Shown: positions 1 to 10,070, counted from the stretch's first letter. The stretch: 64,000 nucleotides of DNA from an uncultured Phycisphaerales bacterium (GCA_963755915.1 CAVWLP010000002.1:1728001-1792000), one strand, 5' to 3'. The notes: generated by a model not told the origin, from the sequence alone. Translations and numbers: made by a program.

Positions 1-1058
1 CCCACAGCGTTTCCCCGCTGCTGGGGCAGGGCGGAGCGGCGCCGGCGACGCAGCCGTCGGTGGTGCAGTGGAATTCACCGGCGGTGAAGCCGCCGGGGGA
101 CACGCTTCCGCCGGCGTCGGTGCGGCCCACATCGAACCAGGGTGCGGCGCTGGCGGCAGCACAGTTTAAGCAGGACGACAGTCTTCCGCAGATTCTTCCG
201 GAGAGCGCGGACTTTGCCGACACCGCCCATCCGTCCGCGGCGGGAACAGTCTCGGCGGGAACGCCGACTGCGGACGATGAAACGGAGCGGAAGATGCTGA
301 AGATGGTCGAGGATTATCCGCAGGACCTGGGGTATCAGTTTGATTATGAGCTGCTTCGGCTGGTGCGGGACGAACCGACGCCGGAGCTTTCGACGGTAGC
401 GCAGCTTACGCCGGAGGATCGGGACCTGCTGCTGGCGTTGATGGATGGGCTGAGCAATTTCCGCAACGCGGCCAAGGATGAGGGGAACATCATGCTGAAC
501 CGCAAGATTCAGCCGCTGCTGGAGATGGCCGACCGATTGCGTTCCGAAGCGCAGCTTTCGATTCCGACGGTTGCGTTTTGCTCGCAGGTGCAGAGCTACG
601 GCGTCTATACGCCGATGGCGACGTCGCAGTTCCCGGCGGGGCGCAACAACGACTTGATCGTCTACAACGATGTCGCGAATTTCACGTCGATCGAAGGCAG
701 CGACGGGATCTGGCGGACCCGGCTTCAGCAGCAGATGGTGCTCTACACCGACAACGGCCTGGCGGTTTGGCCGGAGCGGAGCAACGCCGACACGTTCATC
801 GATCAGTCGCGGAACCGGCGGCATGATTTTTTCATCTCCCGGCTGGTGAGATTGCCGTCGTCCCTGGCGGCGGGGAAATATGTGCTGAAGGTGACGCTGA
901 CGGACGAGCAGTCGAACCGGGTAGTGGAGGCGAGTTCGCCGCTGGAGATCGTGGGGGATACTCAGGCGCCGCAGGCCCAGCCGGCGAGCGATCAGACGAT
1001 AGGTGGGCAGGGGGGTGGCGATCAAACCGGCGCGACGCCGGATGTGCTTTCGCCCTGA
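1..1058 (+). CDS. Hypothetical exported-type protein, 5' truncated by window; C-terminal beta-sandwich-like domain
   Basis: Frame open from window start to TGA at 1056-1058; Pro/Ala-rich N-part (APATQPS); C-terminal ...LAAGKYVLKVTLTD. Confidence 0.75.
   Translation, partial: HSVSPLLGQGGAAPATQPSVVQWNSPAVKPPGDTLPPASVRPTSNQGAALAAAQFKQDDSLPQILPESADFADTAHPSAAGTVSAGTPTADDETERKMLKMVEDYPQDLGYQFDYELLRLVRDEPTPELSTVAQLTPEDRDLLLALMDGLSNFRNAAKDEGNIMLNRKIQPLLEMADRLRSEAQLSIPTVAFCSQVQSYGVYTPMATSQFPAGRNNDLIVYNDVANFTSIEGSDGIWRTRLQQQMVLYTDNGLAVWPERSNADTFIDQSRNRRHDFFISRLVRLPSSLAAGKYVLKVTLTDEQSNRVVEASSPLEIVGDTQAPQAQPASDQTIGGQGGGDQTGATPDVLSP
1018..1058 (+). repeat. 41-bp direct repeat, copy 1 (3' end of the upstream gene)
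   Basis: gcgatcaaaccggcgcgacgccggatgtgctttcgccctga; 36/41 identical to 1623-1663. Confidence 0.85.
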
Positions 1059-1245
1059 TCCGTGGTGGGGAAAGCTGCAAAATCTTTCGTTTTTTTGATA
1101 AGTTGAACCAGGCGGCCTCATGAGAGACTTCCCGGCTAACAGAATCTAATGAAATAATTCGCGTCTAAATCGAAACCGTCGGTTTTCGCCGGCCGATGGA
1201 TTCGTTGCTGCGATTGAAGCTAAGCGTGCGCTTTGGACCGGCAGT

Positions 1246-1617
1246 ATGGAAACAAAACCCACAATATTGGTCATTGAAGACGACAAGCCGATAAGCGTCT
1301 TAACCTGTGGCCTGCTGGAAGATGCCGGATTTGCAACGAGGCCCGCATATTACGGGGGCGTTGGCATGCGTCTGGCACAGGAGAGTGTTCCGGATCTGAT
1401 ATTACTTGACCTGATGCTGCCGGATATTACGGGGTTTGAGGTGTGCGAGCAGCTCAAGCAGAATCCGCTGACGAATCGGATTCCGGTGGTGATTTGCACG
1501 GCGATGGCGGATGACGAGAGCCGCCGGCGGGGGATCGAGTGCGGGGCGCATGCGTATCTGATAAAGCCTTATAACCCCGAAACACTGGTGGAAATGGTCA
1601 GGAAATTGGCGGCGTAG
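1246..1617 (+). CDS. Single-domain response regulator (CheY-like receiver)
   Basis: ILVIEDD, PDLILLDLMLP, G.EV, YLIKPY motifs. Confidence 0.95.
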   Translation: METKPTILVIEDDKPISVLTCGLLEDAGFATRPAYYGGVGMRLAQESVPDLILLDLMLPDITGFEVCEQLKQNPLTNRIPVVICTAMADDESRRRGIECGAHAYLIKPYNPETLVEMVRKLAA

Positions 1618-1622
1618 CGAGC

Positions 1623-1663
1623 GCGATCAGACGGGGGCGACGCCGGATGTGCTTTCGCGGTGA
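1623..1663 (+). repeat. 41-bp direct repeat, copy 2 (displaced gene end)
   Basis: gcgatcagacgggggcgacgccggatgtgctttcgcggtga; encodes DQTGATPDVLSR* versus DQTGATPDVLSP*. Confidence 0.85.
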
Positions 1664-1738
1664 AGGCGGGGGGAAGTGTTTGCGTCGGGATTAAAGTTTA
1701 TATTTGATGGCGTGCACGATCCTCGACGAGTCGAGGAA

Positions 1739-1769
1739 CCCCCCACCTTGGGGTACCAGGGGAGGGGGG
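1739..1769. repeat. REP-like palindrome family A, partial copy
   Basis: ccccccaccttggggtaccaggggaggggg, GTAC-centred like the other family A copies. Confidence 0.5.
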
Positions 1770-1807
1770 ACGAGGAGGTACTGGGATAGGGGATAGAAGA
1801 CGCCGCC

Positions 1808-2515
1808 ATGAAATTCAAAAAACCCCCGCTTCGAATCCAGCCCACCACGCTTTGGGATTATCCGTCGCAGGATTATGGGGACGACGAGCAGGGGGTTTCG
1901 GGGTTTAAGGGGGCGACGCCGAGCTACATCATCTGGAATCTGCTGATGCGGTATACCAGGCCGAAGGATCTGGTGATCGATCCGTGCGCGGGGAGCGGGA
2001 CGACGCTGGACGTGGCCCGGGACCTGGGGCGGAGGGCGCTGGGGTATGACGTGGCGCCGACGCGGAAGGATATTTTCCGGGTGGATGCCCGGAAGCTGCC
2101 GCTGGAGGATGAGAAGGCGGATTTTGTGTTTATCGATCCGCCTTATTCGACGCATATTGAATATTCGAACGATCCGCGGTGCATCGGGAAGCTGGATGCT
2201 GCGGGGGCGGAATATTATCGCGCGATGGAGCAGGTGATTTCCGAGATTCATCGGGTGCTGCGGCCGGGGAAGCATATGGCGCTGTACGTGAGCGATTCGA
2301 TGGTGAAGGGGAAGGGGTTTTATCCGATCGGGTTTGAACTGTTTGAGAGATTGCGACGGAAATTTGAGCCCGTCGATGTCGTTGCCGTCGTCCGCCACAA
2401 CAAGACGCTGAAGATGGGGAACTATCGGGCGGCGGCGGAGGAGGGGAATTTTTTTCTCAGGGGGTTTAATTATTTGTTCATTATGAGGAAGGCGCAGGGG
2501 CTACAGAAGAAGTAG
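1808..2515 (+). CDS. Orphan amino-methyltransferase (N4C/N6A DNA methylase or TRM11-like)
   Basis: Motif I IDPCAGSGTT followed by motif IV FIDPPY; no neighbouring nuclease. Confidence 0.85.
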   Translation: MKFKKPPLRIQPTTLWDYPSQDYGDDEQGVSGFKGATPSYIIWNLLMRYTRPKDLVIDPCAGSGTTLDVARDLGRRALGYDVAPTRKDIFRVDARKLPLEDEKADFVFIDPPYSTHIEYSNDPRCIGKLDAAGAEYYRAMEQVISEIHRVLRPGKHMALYVSDSMVKGKGFYPIGFELFERLRRKFEPVDVVAVVRHNKTLKMGNYRAAAEEGNFFLRGFNYLFIMRKAQGLQKK

Positions 2516-3304
2516 AAGCGCACTGCGGCGTGGGATGGCGGGGAATCGCCAGCGTGTTCCAGCCGCATTTTGGCCAGGGAGTCTGGCCGGAGATGGGGAG
2601 CTTGGGATCGAATAAATCGTAGTCGGCACAGTGGAGGTGGTCGGTGACCGGGGCGCAGGTTTGTTCGGCGACTTCGATGTAGATGATTGGCCGTACCTGG
2701 CTGAGAAGGCGTTTGGCGCCCTGGAAGATGGCGACCTCGGCCCCTTCGACGTCGATTTTGACGAAAGCCGGCGAGGGGGAGATTTCCAGGAGATCGTCGA
2801 GGGACATCATGGGGACGAGCTGGCGTTCGCGAATGCCGCCCATTTGATTGGAGGGGCGCATGAACTGGGCGAGGGTGTTGGAGGCGCGCCGCGCTGGGCA
2901 ATAAGGAACTCGGCGGCGCGGTGGCAATCGCCGACGGCAATTGGAAGCGTGTCGATTTTGGCGCAGTTTTGGGGAAGATTTGCGGCGGTGCGACGAATTA
3001 ACTGGGCGAGCATAAGATCGGGTTCGACGCAGAGGACGCGACCGGCGGGCCCGCATTTGGCGGAAGCGGCCGCTCCGAAAACACCTACGTTAGCGCCAAT
3101 ATCCCAGACGATCTCACCGGGCTTGATGTGGGAAGAAGCCATCTGGATTAATTCGACATCGCACCAGTTTTCTCCGGGCTTGAGGAGGGCGAGGGCGGCG
3201 TCGGGGGTGACAAGGACGCGCACGTGAGAGAAGGGTCGGGGCAGGTGACGCCAGATGGTTTTGCCCCTGGACAGACGCTCAACGCAGGTACGGAGAAATC
3301 CCAT
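2481..3304 (-). CDS. FkbM family methyltransferase (one frameshift near 2885)
   Basis: VWDIGANVG and CVEPD in ORF 2807-3355; FVKIDVEGAE in ORF 2481-3056. Confidence 0.9.
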
Positions 3305-3419
3305 TTGGTCACCGGGATCAGAAAAAGGATAGATTTGCAAGCTTATTATGCACACGGGGGAGGCGTCAATGCGAAAATGAGAAGGGTATAGCCAGCAAAC
3401 CAGGCAGAATTCGATGGAG

Positions 3420-4316
3420 TCAAAGCCCGCCGCGCAGGGGGGTGATGATATGCAGGCGATCTTCGACGAGCTTCATGAGGAAGCTGAGGCGATTTTGGTG
3501 GAAGGCGCGGATGGGGGCCTGGGGGTCGGGGAAGTTTTGGGGGAGGGGCCAGTCGGGGGGGAGCAAATCTTTTTGGGGGATGTCGCGGGATTGGCGAAGG
3601 TCGCCGATTTCCATGTCGGTGAGGATTCGGGATTGGCACCAAGGGAGGATATCGCGGGCGTGGAGGGAGATGGGTTGTTCTGGCGCGGGGTCGGGCCAGG
3701 GGCCGATGCTGGTCCGGCGAAGTTGGCTGAGGTGAGCGCCGCAGCCTGCAAGACGTCCAAGGTCGCGGGCGAGGGCGCGGACGTAGTAGCCGCCGCGGAC
3801 GGTCATTTTGAGGGTGCTTTCGTGGGGGAGATTGTGATTCAGGAAGGCGGCTTCGTGGAGGTAGACGCGGGAGGAGGGCATGACGACGTCTTCGCCGCGG
3901 TGGGCTTTAAGATAGGCGCGTTCGCCGGCGACGCGTTTGTTGCTGGTGGGGTGGGGGGTTTGGTCGTGCCAGCCTTGGAATTGTTTCAGGAGATCGTCGA
4001 GGTGTTGGGGCGTGAGGGTGGAGGGATCGCCTTGGGAGATGATGTGGCCGTGGGGGTCGCCGTTGTCGGTTTCAGTGCCCCAGCGGATGGTGGCCTCGTA
4101 GGTTTTGGGGATGGGGTGGAGGTAGTCGAAGAGGCGGGTGGCGGGTTCGACGAGGATGATCAGGAGCCCGGAGGCGAAGGGATCGAGAGCGCCGCCGTGA
4201 CAGATTCGGGGTGGGCGGCGGCCGGGGGCGGGCTGGAGGGATTTCATGCACGTTTGCACGACGGAAAAGCTGGTGGGGCCTGGGGGTTTGTGGAGGAGGT
4301 GGATGCCGGGGGTCAT
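3420..4316 (-). CDS. truB: tRNA pseudouridine(55) synthase TruB
   Basis: LHKPPGPTSF, HGGALDPFASGLL, KTYEATIRWGTETD, GGYYVRALARDLG, LSQLRRTSIGP. Confidence 0.93.
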   Translation of the reverse strand: MTPGIHLLHKPPGPTSFSVVQTCMKSLQPAPGRRPPRICHGGALDPFASGLLIILVEPATRLFDYLHPIPKTYEATIRWGTETDNGDPHGHIISQGDPSTLTPQHLDDLLKQFQGWHDQTPHPTSNKRVAGERAYLKAHRGEDVVMPSSRVYLHEAAFLNHNLPHESTLKMTVRGGYYVRALARDLGRLAGCGAHLSQLRRTSIGPWPDPAPEQPISLHARDILPWCQSRILTDMEIGDLRQSRDIPQKDLLPPDWPLPQNFPDPQAPIRAFHQNRLSFLMKLVEDRLHIITPLRGGL

Positions 4317-4327
4317 AGAAAAAACAC

Positions 4328-4370
4328 AAACGGGGACGCAGCTAGTTGAAAACTAGCTGCGTCCCCGTTT
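4328..4370. repeat. Perfect 20-bp inverted repeat (REP-like or terminator) overlapping the MFS stop codon
   Basis: aaacggggacgcagctagtt-gaa-aactagctgcgtccccgttt. Confidence 0.9.
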
Positions 4371-5555
4371 CCTTATGGAGACGACGCAGGCGGCGAGGAC
4401 GCTGATCCAGAGGATGGCGGCGACGGCAAAGATGGCGATGTGCGGGTTGCCGGGATTGAGCGTGGCGGCGAGTGCGCCGCAACTGGGGCCGAGGACGGCG
4501 CCGACGCCGATGAGGGCTTCGTGGTAGGCGTTCTGGGCGGTGCTGCCGTCGCTGAGGACCATTCCGAAATAGAGGCTGGCGGCGTAGATGAGGCCCATGA
4601 CGGCGCCGAGGGCGATTTGCCAGAGGATCATGGAGAGGGCGGAGGGGATGAGGGTGGTGCCGAGGAAAGCGGCGAGGAGGATGATGGCGGCGATGAGAAG
4701 GGCGCGGGGACGGGTGTGCCACCAGTTGGCCATGCCCAGGGCGAGGAATGTGAACCAGCGGGCGATCATCCAGACGCTGGCGAGGAGGGTACCGACCTGG
4801 GGGTCGGCGGCGCGGATTACCGGGAGGGTGGGCATGATGGCGCCCAAGGCGTAGACCACGGCGAAAGTTGAAGGAAGGGCGATGCGCGAGAGGCGCTTGG
4901 CAAGGGTGCGGAGGGGGATCAGCTCGGGATTGGGGCGAAGCTGGGCGTGTGGATGGGGCGTTTGGCGCTGGATGCGCAGGAGCATTGCGCAACTGATGAT
5001 GTGGCCGGTGGCGGCGATGAGGAAGATTGCCTGGGGCCAATGGGCGAGGATCAAACCGCAGGAAGCGACGGTGGCAGCGCCGACGCCGGACCAAACGAGG
5101 TTGTAGGTGGAAATCCGTCGGGACATTTGCGCGGGGGTTGCGCCGATGGAGATGAGGCTTTCGAGCAGGGGCCATTGGGCGGCGCTGACGCCGGCGTAGG
5201 CGAGCAGGAAGATTGAGAGGATGGCGGCGGATGGAGCGTAGAAGGCGGCGACGGAGATGACGATGAGGGCGATCTCGAGATTTCGCAGGAGTATCTGGCG
5301 GCCGAAACGGGTGGAGAGGGGGTTGGCGGCGAGAGCGCCGAGGGTGTAGGTGAAGCCCTGGCCGGCGGAAAGTATCAGGCTGCTTTTGGCGTCCCAGAGG
5401 AACTGCTTCTTCATGTAGAAGAAGATGGCGTACATGAGGAGGTTGGCGGAGACGGAAACGAGGCCCTGGATGGTGAAGAATTTCACCAGGAAACCGCGTG
5501 GGATGAAGCGGGCGGGGGGTTTGGCGGGAAAGAGGTCGGCGGCGAGCGTTTCCAT
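4353..5555 (-). CDS. Major facilitator superfamily transporter
   Basis: About 12 hydrophobic segments, motif A-like ANPLSTRFGRQ; start placed at METLAAD. Confidence 0.85.
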   Translation of the reverse strand: METLAADLFPAKPPARFIPRGFLVKFFTIQGLVSVSANLLMYAIFFYMKKQFLWDAKSSLILSAGQGFTYTLGALAANPLSTRFGRQILLRNLEIALIVISVAAFYAPSAAILSIFLLAYAGVSAAQWPLLESLISIGATPAQMSRRISTYNLVWSGVGAATVASCGLILAHWPQAIFLIAATGHIISCAMLLRIQRQTPHPHAQLRPNPELIPLRTLAKRLSRIALPSTFAVVYALGAIMPTLPVIRAADPQVGTLLASVWMIARWFTFLALGMANWWHTRPRALLIAAIILLAAFLGTTLIPSALSMILWQIALGAVMGLIYAASLYFGMVLSDGSTAQNAYHEALIGVGAVLGPSCGALAATLNPGNPHIAIFAVAAILWISVLAACVVSIRKRGRS

Positions 5556-5846
5556 TGGAATTCTGTTCGGCAGTTTAGGAGCGGTGGCGGAAAAAATCCT
5601 GTGAGGCGCGATCCTGCTGCGGCCGGTTGGCGTAGTGGTTGATGCAGATCGAATCGACGAATGGGCGGCAGCTTCAATTTGTATCGTCGAAAAGCGGAGA
5701 TGCGGAGCGATTTTCGGGTGTCTCCGGAGGCGGGAAATTGCCAAGATCGGAGGCACACGTTTGTGCCCGCTGCCATTGCAACATGGTGGCGCGTGTGCCG
5801 GGACGTTTTGTTTTGTCCCGGCCTTTTTTGCGCGGGAAGGGGAAAA

Positions 5847-5889
5847 GATTTGAAATTTGAGATTTGAGATTTGAGATTTCAGATTTGAG
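5847..5889. repeat. Heptamer tandem repeat (ATTTGAG-like, 6 units)
   Basis: gatttgaaatttgagatttgagatttgagatttcagatttgag. Confidence 0.9.
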
Positions 5890-6104
5890 GATTTGGGGGC
5901 GATAACTTTTTGGGTTTGGTGAAAAAAGGGTTGCAAGCGCGGGGGTGTGGGCGTGTAATGTTTGGCGCGTTCGTCCGGCAATATCGCCAACGGCAATGCT
6001 GGGGCGGCGGTGGGTGTATATGTTGTCAGTCGGTGCCGTTCTTGGCCGATAACGACCGTGCGGATCGAGTATTAGGCCCGAAATTGGGAGAGGACTGATA
6101 TTTT

Positions 6105-7879
6105 ATGCAGACCGTTGTTCACGTCACCCACGAAGCGATTCAAAAAATTGGCGGAATTGGCGCGGTATTACACGGACTGCTCACCAGCCGCACCTATCTC
6201 GACAAGGTCCCGCGCAACATCCTGGTGGGCCCGTTCTGGCCCAGCGATGACATTGCCGAGCATCGGCTCGGTCCGCAGGGGGAAGTGCTTTATAGCAGCC
6301 TGGATCATCTCTATCGCTCGCCGCTGACGAGCCGGTTTCGGCAGATCGAGCAGGAGTTCGACGTTGGGATCGTCTACGGCCGGCGTAAATTTTCCGACAA
6401 GGAGACGGGGGTCACCAGCACGCCCGAAACGCTGCTGATCGACGTGACGCGGTATGACGCCCAGAAGATCAACCAGTTCAAGTTTGAGATGTGGAAGACC
6501 TTCGGGATCGAAAGCTCGAAGTACGAATCGATCTGGGATTTCGAGCAGTACATGCGCCTGGCCCGGCCGGCGATCGCGGCGCTGCACGCCCTGGGATGCG
6601 GCAGCGAGCTCGAGCCTTGCGTGATCCTCAGCCATGAATACATGGGCATGCCGACGGCGCTGGCGGCGGTTCTGGAGGGAGAGCGCAGCAATTTCCGCAC
6701 GATTTTCTATGCGCACGAAGTTGCCCCGATGCGGCGGGTGGTCGAGCACCATCCCGGCCACGACACCATGTTTTACAACGTCATGCGCTCCGCGGTCAGC
6801 CAGGGGCATTACCTGGAAGACGTCTTCGGCGACCAGAGCGAATATTACAAGTATTCTCTGGTGAAGGCGTCGCGCTTCTGCGACGGGATTTTTGCCGTCG
6901 GCGATTACGTGCTGAAGGAAATTCGGTTTTTGGGGCCGGACTTTGTGCACGTCGACAGCCAGATTGCCTACAACGGGGTTCCGTGCTGGAAGATCAGCGT
7001 TGAGGAGAAGATGTCGAGCCGGCAGAAGCTGCGCGCGTATTGCAATACGCTGCTCGGGTATGAGCCGGATTATGTTTTCTCGCACGTGACGCGATTGGTG
7101 CCGAGCAAGGGCTTGTGGCGCGATCTGCGCGTGCTGGAGCACGTGGAGCGGATCTTGCGCGAGCGCAACGAGACGGCCGTGCTCTTTACGCTGAGCACGG
7201 AGGTGCCGGGGCGGCGCGGCGATGATATCAGGAAGATGGAGCAGCATTATCACTGGCCGGTGGTGCATCGCGAGGGGCTGCCGGATATGTCCAACGGGGA
7301 GGCGGCCTATTACCAGGGCGTGCAGGAATTCAATGCCCGCTCGCGGAATGTGAAGGTGGTCTTCGTCAACCAGTTTGGGTTTGACCAGAAGGTTTGCGGG
7401 CTGAGGATGCCGGCGGATATGGAGTTCATGGATATCCGCAAGGGCTCGGACGCGGAGTTTGGGCAAAGCATTTATGAGCCGTTTGGGATTGCGCAGGTGG
7501 AGCCGATCAGTTTCGGCGGCATTTGCGTTTTCTCGAATGTGTGCGGATGCGCCGGTTTCGCGGACAAGGCGGCGGGGGGCAAGCCGACGCCGAACGTGCT
7601 GGTGGCGGATTACACGGATCTGCCGAACAAGACACTGCGCCGGATCAGCTCATGGCGATCGGTCAGCCGCAGCGGGATGAGATTGAGCATGCGGTTTCGG
7701 GCGTGGTTGCCCAAGAGCTTGTGCAACGGCTGCCGCGAACGCCGGCAGAGTTTGAGCAGTTCCTCGAGCGCGGGCACGCGCTGGCGAGCCAGATGAGCTG
7801 GGACGTAGTGGCGCGCGATTATGTGCTGCCGGGAATCCAGCGGGCGAGCCGGGCGAAGCGGTTGCAGCAGATCGCTTGA
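6105..7879 (+). CDS. GT3-like glycogen synthase / GT-B glycosyltransferase (frameshift near 7637)
   Basis: HEAIQKIGGIGAVL, LSHEY, TIFYAHE and SIYEPFGIAQVE parallel the GT3 motifs EVANKVGGI, HEW, TIFTTH and SYYEPWG; C-terminus in ORF 7523-7879. Confidence 0.8.
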
Positions 7880-7956
7880 GGAAGTTTCGAGTTGCTGGTT
7901 GCGAGATAAGAGCACCCTTTAACCACATCGTGTGACGCGCGGTATCATCTCTGGGC

Positions 7957-8559
7957 ATGAGACGCTTAGGGCGATCGGTGTTTAATGCGCTGGCGGTGGG
8001 ATCGCTGGTGCTCTGCATCGCCATTGGGGCCGCCTGGGCGCTCGGTTTTCCCTTGTCCGCAAAGAGAATGCATTCACTCGGCGCCCGATGGGAATTCGGG
8101 TGGTTTCTCGTGCGCCAGCCTCCCGTGCGAACAGAATGCCAAGCTGTACTCTGTCATTATTTACGCGACCTCGTGCCGGGCCCTCCAGCCCCTCCGGCCG
8201 GGTCCAATATACTAACCCCGCAGATCGTGGCTTGGAGCAAACAGTTTGGAAACACGCGAAATTGGGGCACGGCTGGGGGATTTTTTATAGCTGCGTGGCC
8301 GATTATTGGGGACATTCATTCAAAGCGGGTGGCGATGATGGGGTATGGGTACACCGTCGGTGCGCCGCCGTGGATCTGGATGGGACTTCTGGCGATTCTG
8401 CCGGCGATTGCCGCGATTCGCTGGCGCGGGCGGACTCGCAGACGACGACTGTGCGAAGGATTGTGCCCGGTTTGCGGGTACGATCTTCGCGCCACGCCCC
8501 AGCGATGTCCGGAGTGTGGGACGGCTGTTTCGATTGCGGTAGCAAGTCACAATGTCTAG
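7957..8559 (+). CDS. Two-TM membrane protein with C-terminal double zinc ribbon (paralog 1)
   Basis: N-terminal TM, variable loop, TM, basic stretch, CPVCGYDLRATPQRCPECG. Confidence 0.85.
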   Translation: MRRLGRSVFNALAVGSLVLCIAIGAAWALGFPLSAKRMHSLGARWEFGWFLVRQPPVRTECQAVLCHYLRDLVPGPPAPPAGSNILTPQIVAWSKQFGNTRNWGTAGGFFIAAWPIIGDIHSKRVAMMGYGYTVGAPPWIWMGLLAILPAIAAIRWRGRTRRRRLCEGLCPVCGYDLRATPQRCPECGTAVSIAVASHNV

Positions 8560-8607
8560 GAGCGACGGATTCAGCGGGTACCCTCAAGCGCGGTATCATC
8601 TCCGGGC

Positions 8608-9222
8608 ATGAGGCGCTTAGGGCGATGGGTATTTAATGCGCTGGCAGTGGGGTCGCTGCTGCTTTGCATTTTCACGGGGGTTGTTTGGGGGCTGCATTTC
8701 AATTCCACAGCCATTGTAGCGATTAAACTGCCGTTCCGGTGGGAAACGGGGTGGTACCTTGGTAGGGGGATTGACGGGATTCATCGAGCTCAACTATCGG
8801 TGGCGTTTATGTATTCGCCGCCGACGCGAATCTTGAGTCCGCCGTTCTCGGGATTCGCCTTCACTCCGCAGGATCGAAAATGGATGAATCAGTTTGGCGC
8901 AGGATCGCGATCGGGTCGCGGAGCATTTCAATTCAGCGAAGGGCCGGTGATCGTCTACGACCGGACGCTGGGGCGCCTTGTGATGTTTGGGTACACACAT
9001 GAAATCGGCCTTCCCGTGTGGTTCGTCATGGTGCTTTTGGGGATTCTCCCCGCGCTGGCAGGGTGGAGATGGCGGCGGATTCGGATCGAGCGGGCTCGGA
9101 AGGGATTGTGCCCGGTTTGCGGGTATGATCTTCGCGCGACGCCCCAGCGATGTCCGGAATGTGGGACCGTTGCTGCTCCGAAGGGACCGTTGGAGATCAA
9201 GGCAGGTTTGTTCGGTCGGTGA
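8608..9222 (+). CDS. Two-TM membrane protein with C-terminal double zinc ribbon (paralog 2)
   Basis: Same architecture; near-identical DNA at both ends to 7957-8559. Confidence 0.85.
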   Translation: MRRLGRWVFNALAVGSLLLCIFTGVVWGLHFNSTAIVAIKLPFRWETGWYLGRGIDGIHRAQLSVAFMYSPPTRILSPPFSGFAFTPQDRKWMNQFGAGSRSGRGAFQFSEGPVIVYDRTLGRLVMFGYTHEIGLPVWFVMVLLGILPALAGWRWRRIRIERARKGLCPVCGYDLRATPQRCPECGTVAAPKGPLEIKAGLFGR

Positions 9223-9232
9223 GTTGTATCAG

Positions 9233-9273
9233 GCCCTCACCCCAGCCCTCTCCCTGAGTACAGGGAGAGGGGG
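9233..9273. repeat. REP-like palindrome family A
   Basis: gccctcaccccagccctctccctgagtacagggagaggggg. Confidence 0.85.
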
Positions 9274-9290
9274 TCGGAGGGGAAGAGCAC

Positions 9291-10031
9291 ATGTATTCGA
9301 TTGTCATTTGCTCGAAGGATGATGCGAAGTTCTCCGCCGTGTCGGCGAACCTGAGAGACCGGTTCGGCGGGCGGGAATTTGAGATCGTGCGGATTGCTGA
9401 TGCGCAATCGATGGCCGAGGGGTATAACCGCGGGGTGGCGCAGGCGCGCGGCGAGCGGGTGGTTTTTTGTCACGATGATATTGAGATTCTCAATCCCGAG
9501 GCGGTCGAGCGGCTGGAGGAGCACCTGGGAAAATTCGACATCGTGGGGATCGCAGGGGCGGATCGCCTGATCGTGGCCTCCTGGGTGGGCGCGGGACCGC
9601 TGCATACGTTTGGGCAGGTGGCCCAGTTTCAGGAGGACGGGAGCCTGGCGGTTTTTCTGTTTGGGACATCCCAGCGCGTGACCGGGGGGATGCAGGCGCT
9701 GGATGGGGTCTTTTTGGCCGTGAACCGCCGGGTGTTTGCGAAGATTTCGTTTGACGCGAAAACGTTTGATGGGTTTCACCATTACGATCTGGATTTTACG
9801 TTTGCGGCATACCTGGCGGGATTTCAAATCGGGGCGGCGAGCGATGTGCATTTGCTGCACGCGTCGATGGGGACCTGGGACGAGGCATGGAGGCGGTATG
9901 CGGGGATTTTTACGGCGAAATATCGGAAGCAGCTTTATCCAGAGCCGCTGAGGAAGCATTTTTCGGCGCGGATATTCGCGAAGAGCAAGGAGGAGTGTGC
10001 GGAAATTATGCGCGAGGCGACGCCGAAATAA
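9291..10031 (+). CDS. GT2-like glycosyltransferase
   Basis: YSIVICS, SMAEGYNRG, VVFCHDD, ALDGVFLAV, FHHYDLD. Confidence 0.88.
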   Translation: MYSIVICSKDDAKFSAVSANLRDRFGGREFEIVRIADAQSMAEGYNRGVAQARGERVVFCHDDIEILNPEAVERLEEHLGKFDIVGIAGADRLIVASWVGAGPLHTFGQVAQFQEDGSLAVFLFGTSQRVTGGMQALDGVFLAVNRRVFAKISFDAKTFDGFHHYDLDFTFAAYLAGFQIGAASDVHLLHASMGTWDEAWRRYAGIFTAKYRKQLYPEPLRKHFSARIFAKSKEECAEIMREATPK

Positions 10032-10038
10032 GTTTTTT

Positions 10039-10070
10039 GTCCGTTTTGAGGGGCGAGCGGCCATATATAT
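10039..10070 (+). promoter_or_regulatory. GTCC-N19-CATATATAT motif, possible ECF sigma promoter (copy 1)
   Basis: Same two boxes with identical 19-nt spacing at 52912-52943. Confidence 0.4.

Noticed and set aside
5556-5996. N-terminal extension of the MFS ORF to 5996
   Set aside because: Runs through a heptamer repeat and divergent promoter DNA; a start at 5555 gives a normal MFS length
7957-9222. DGR template/variable repeat pair
   Set aside because: Differences are not adenine-specific, both copies are coding, and there is no reverse transcriptase in the window
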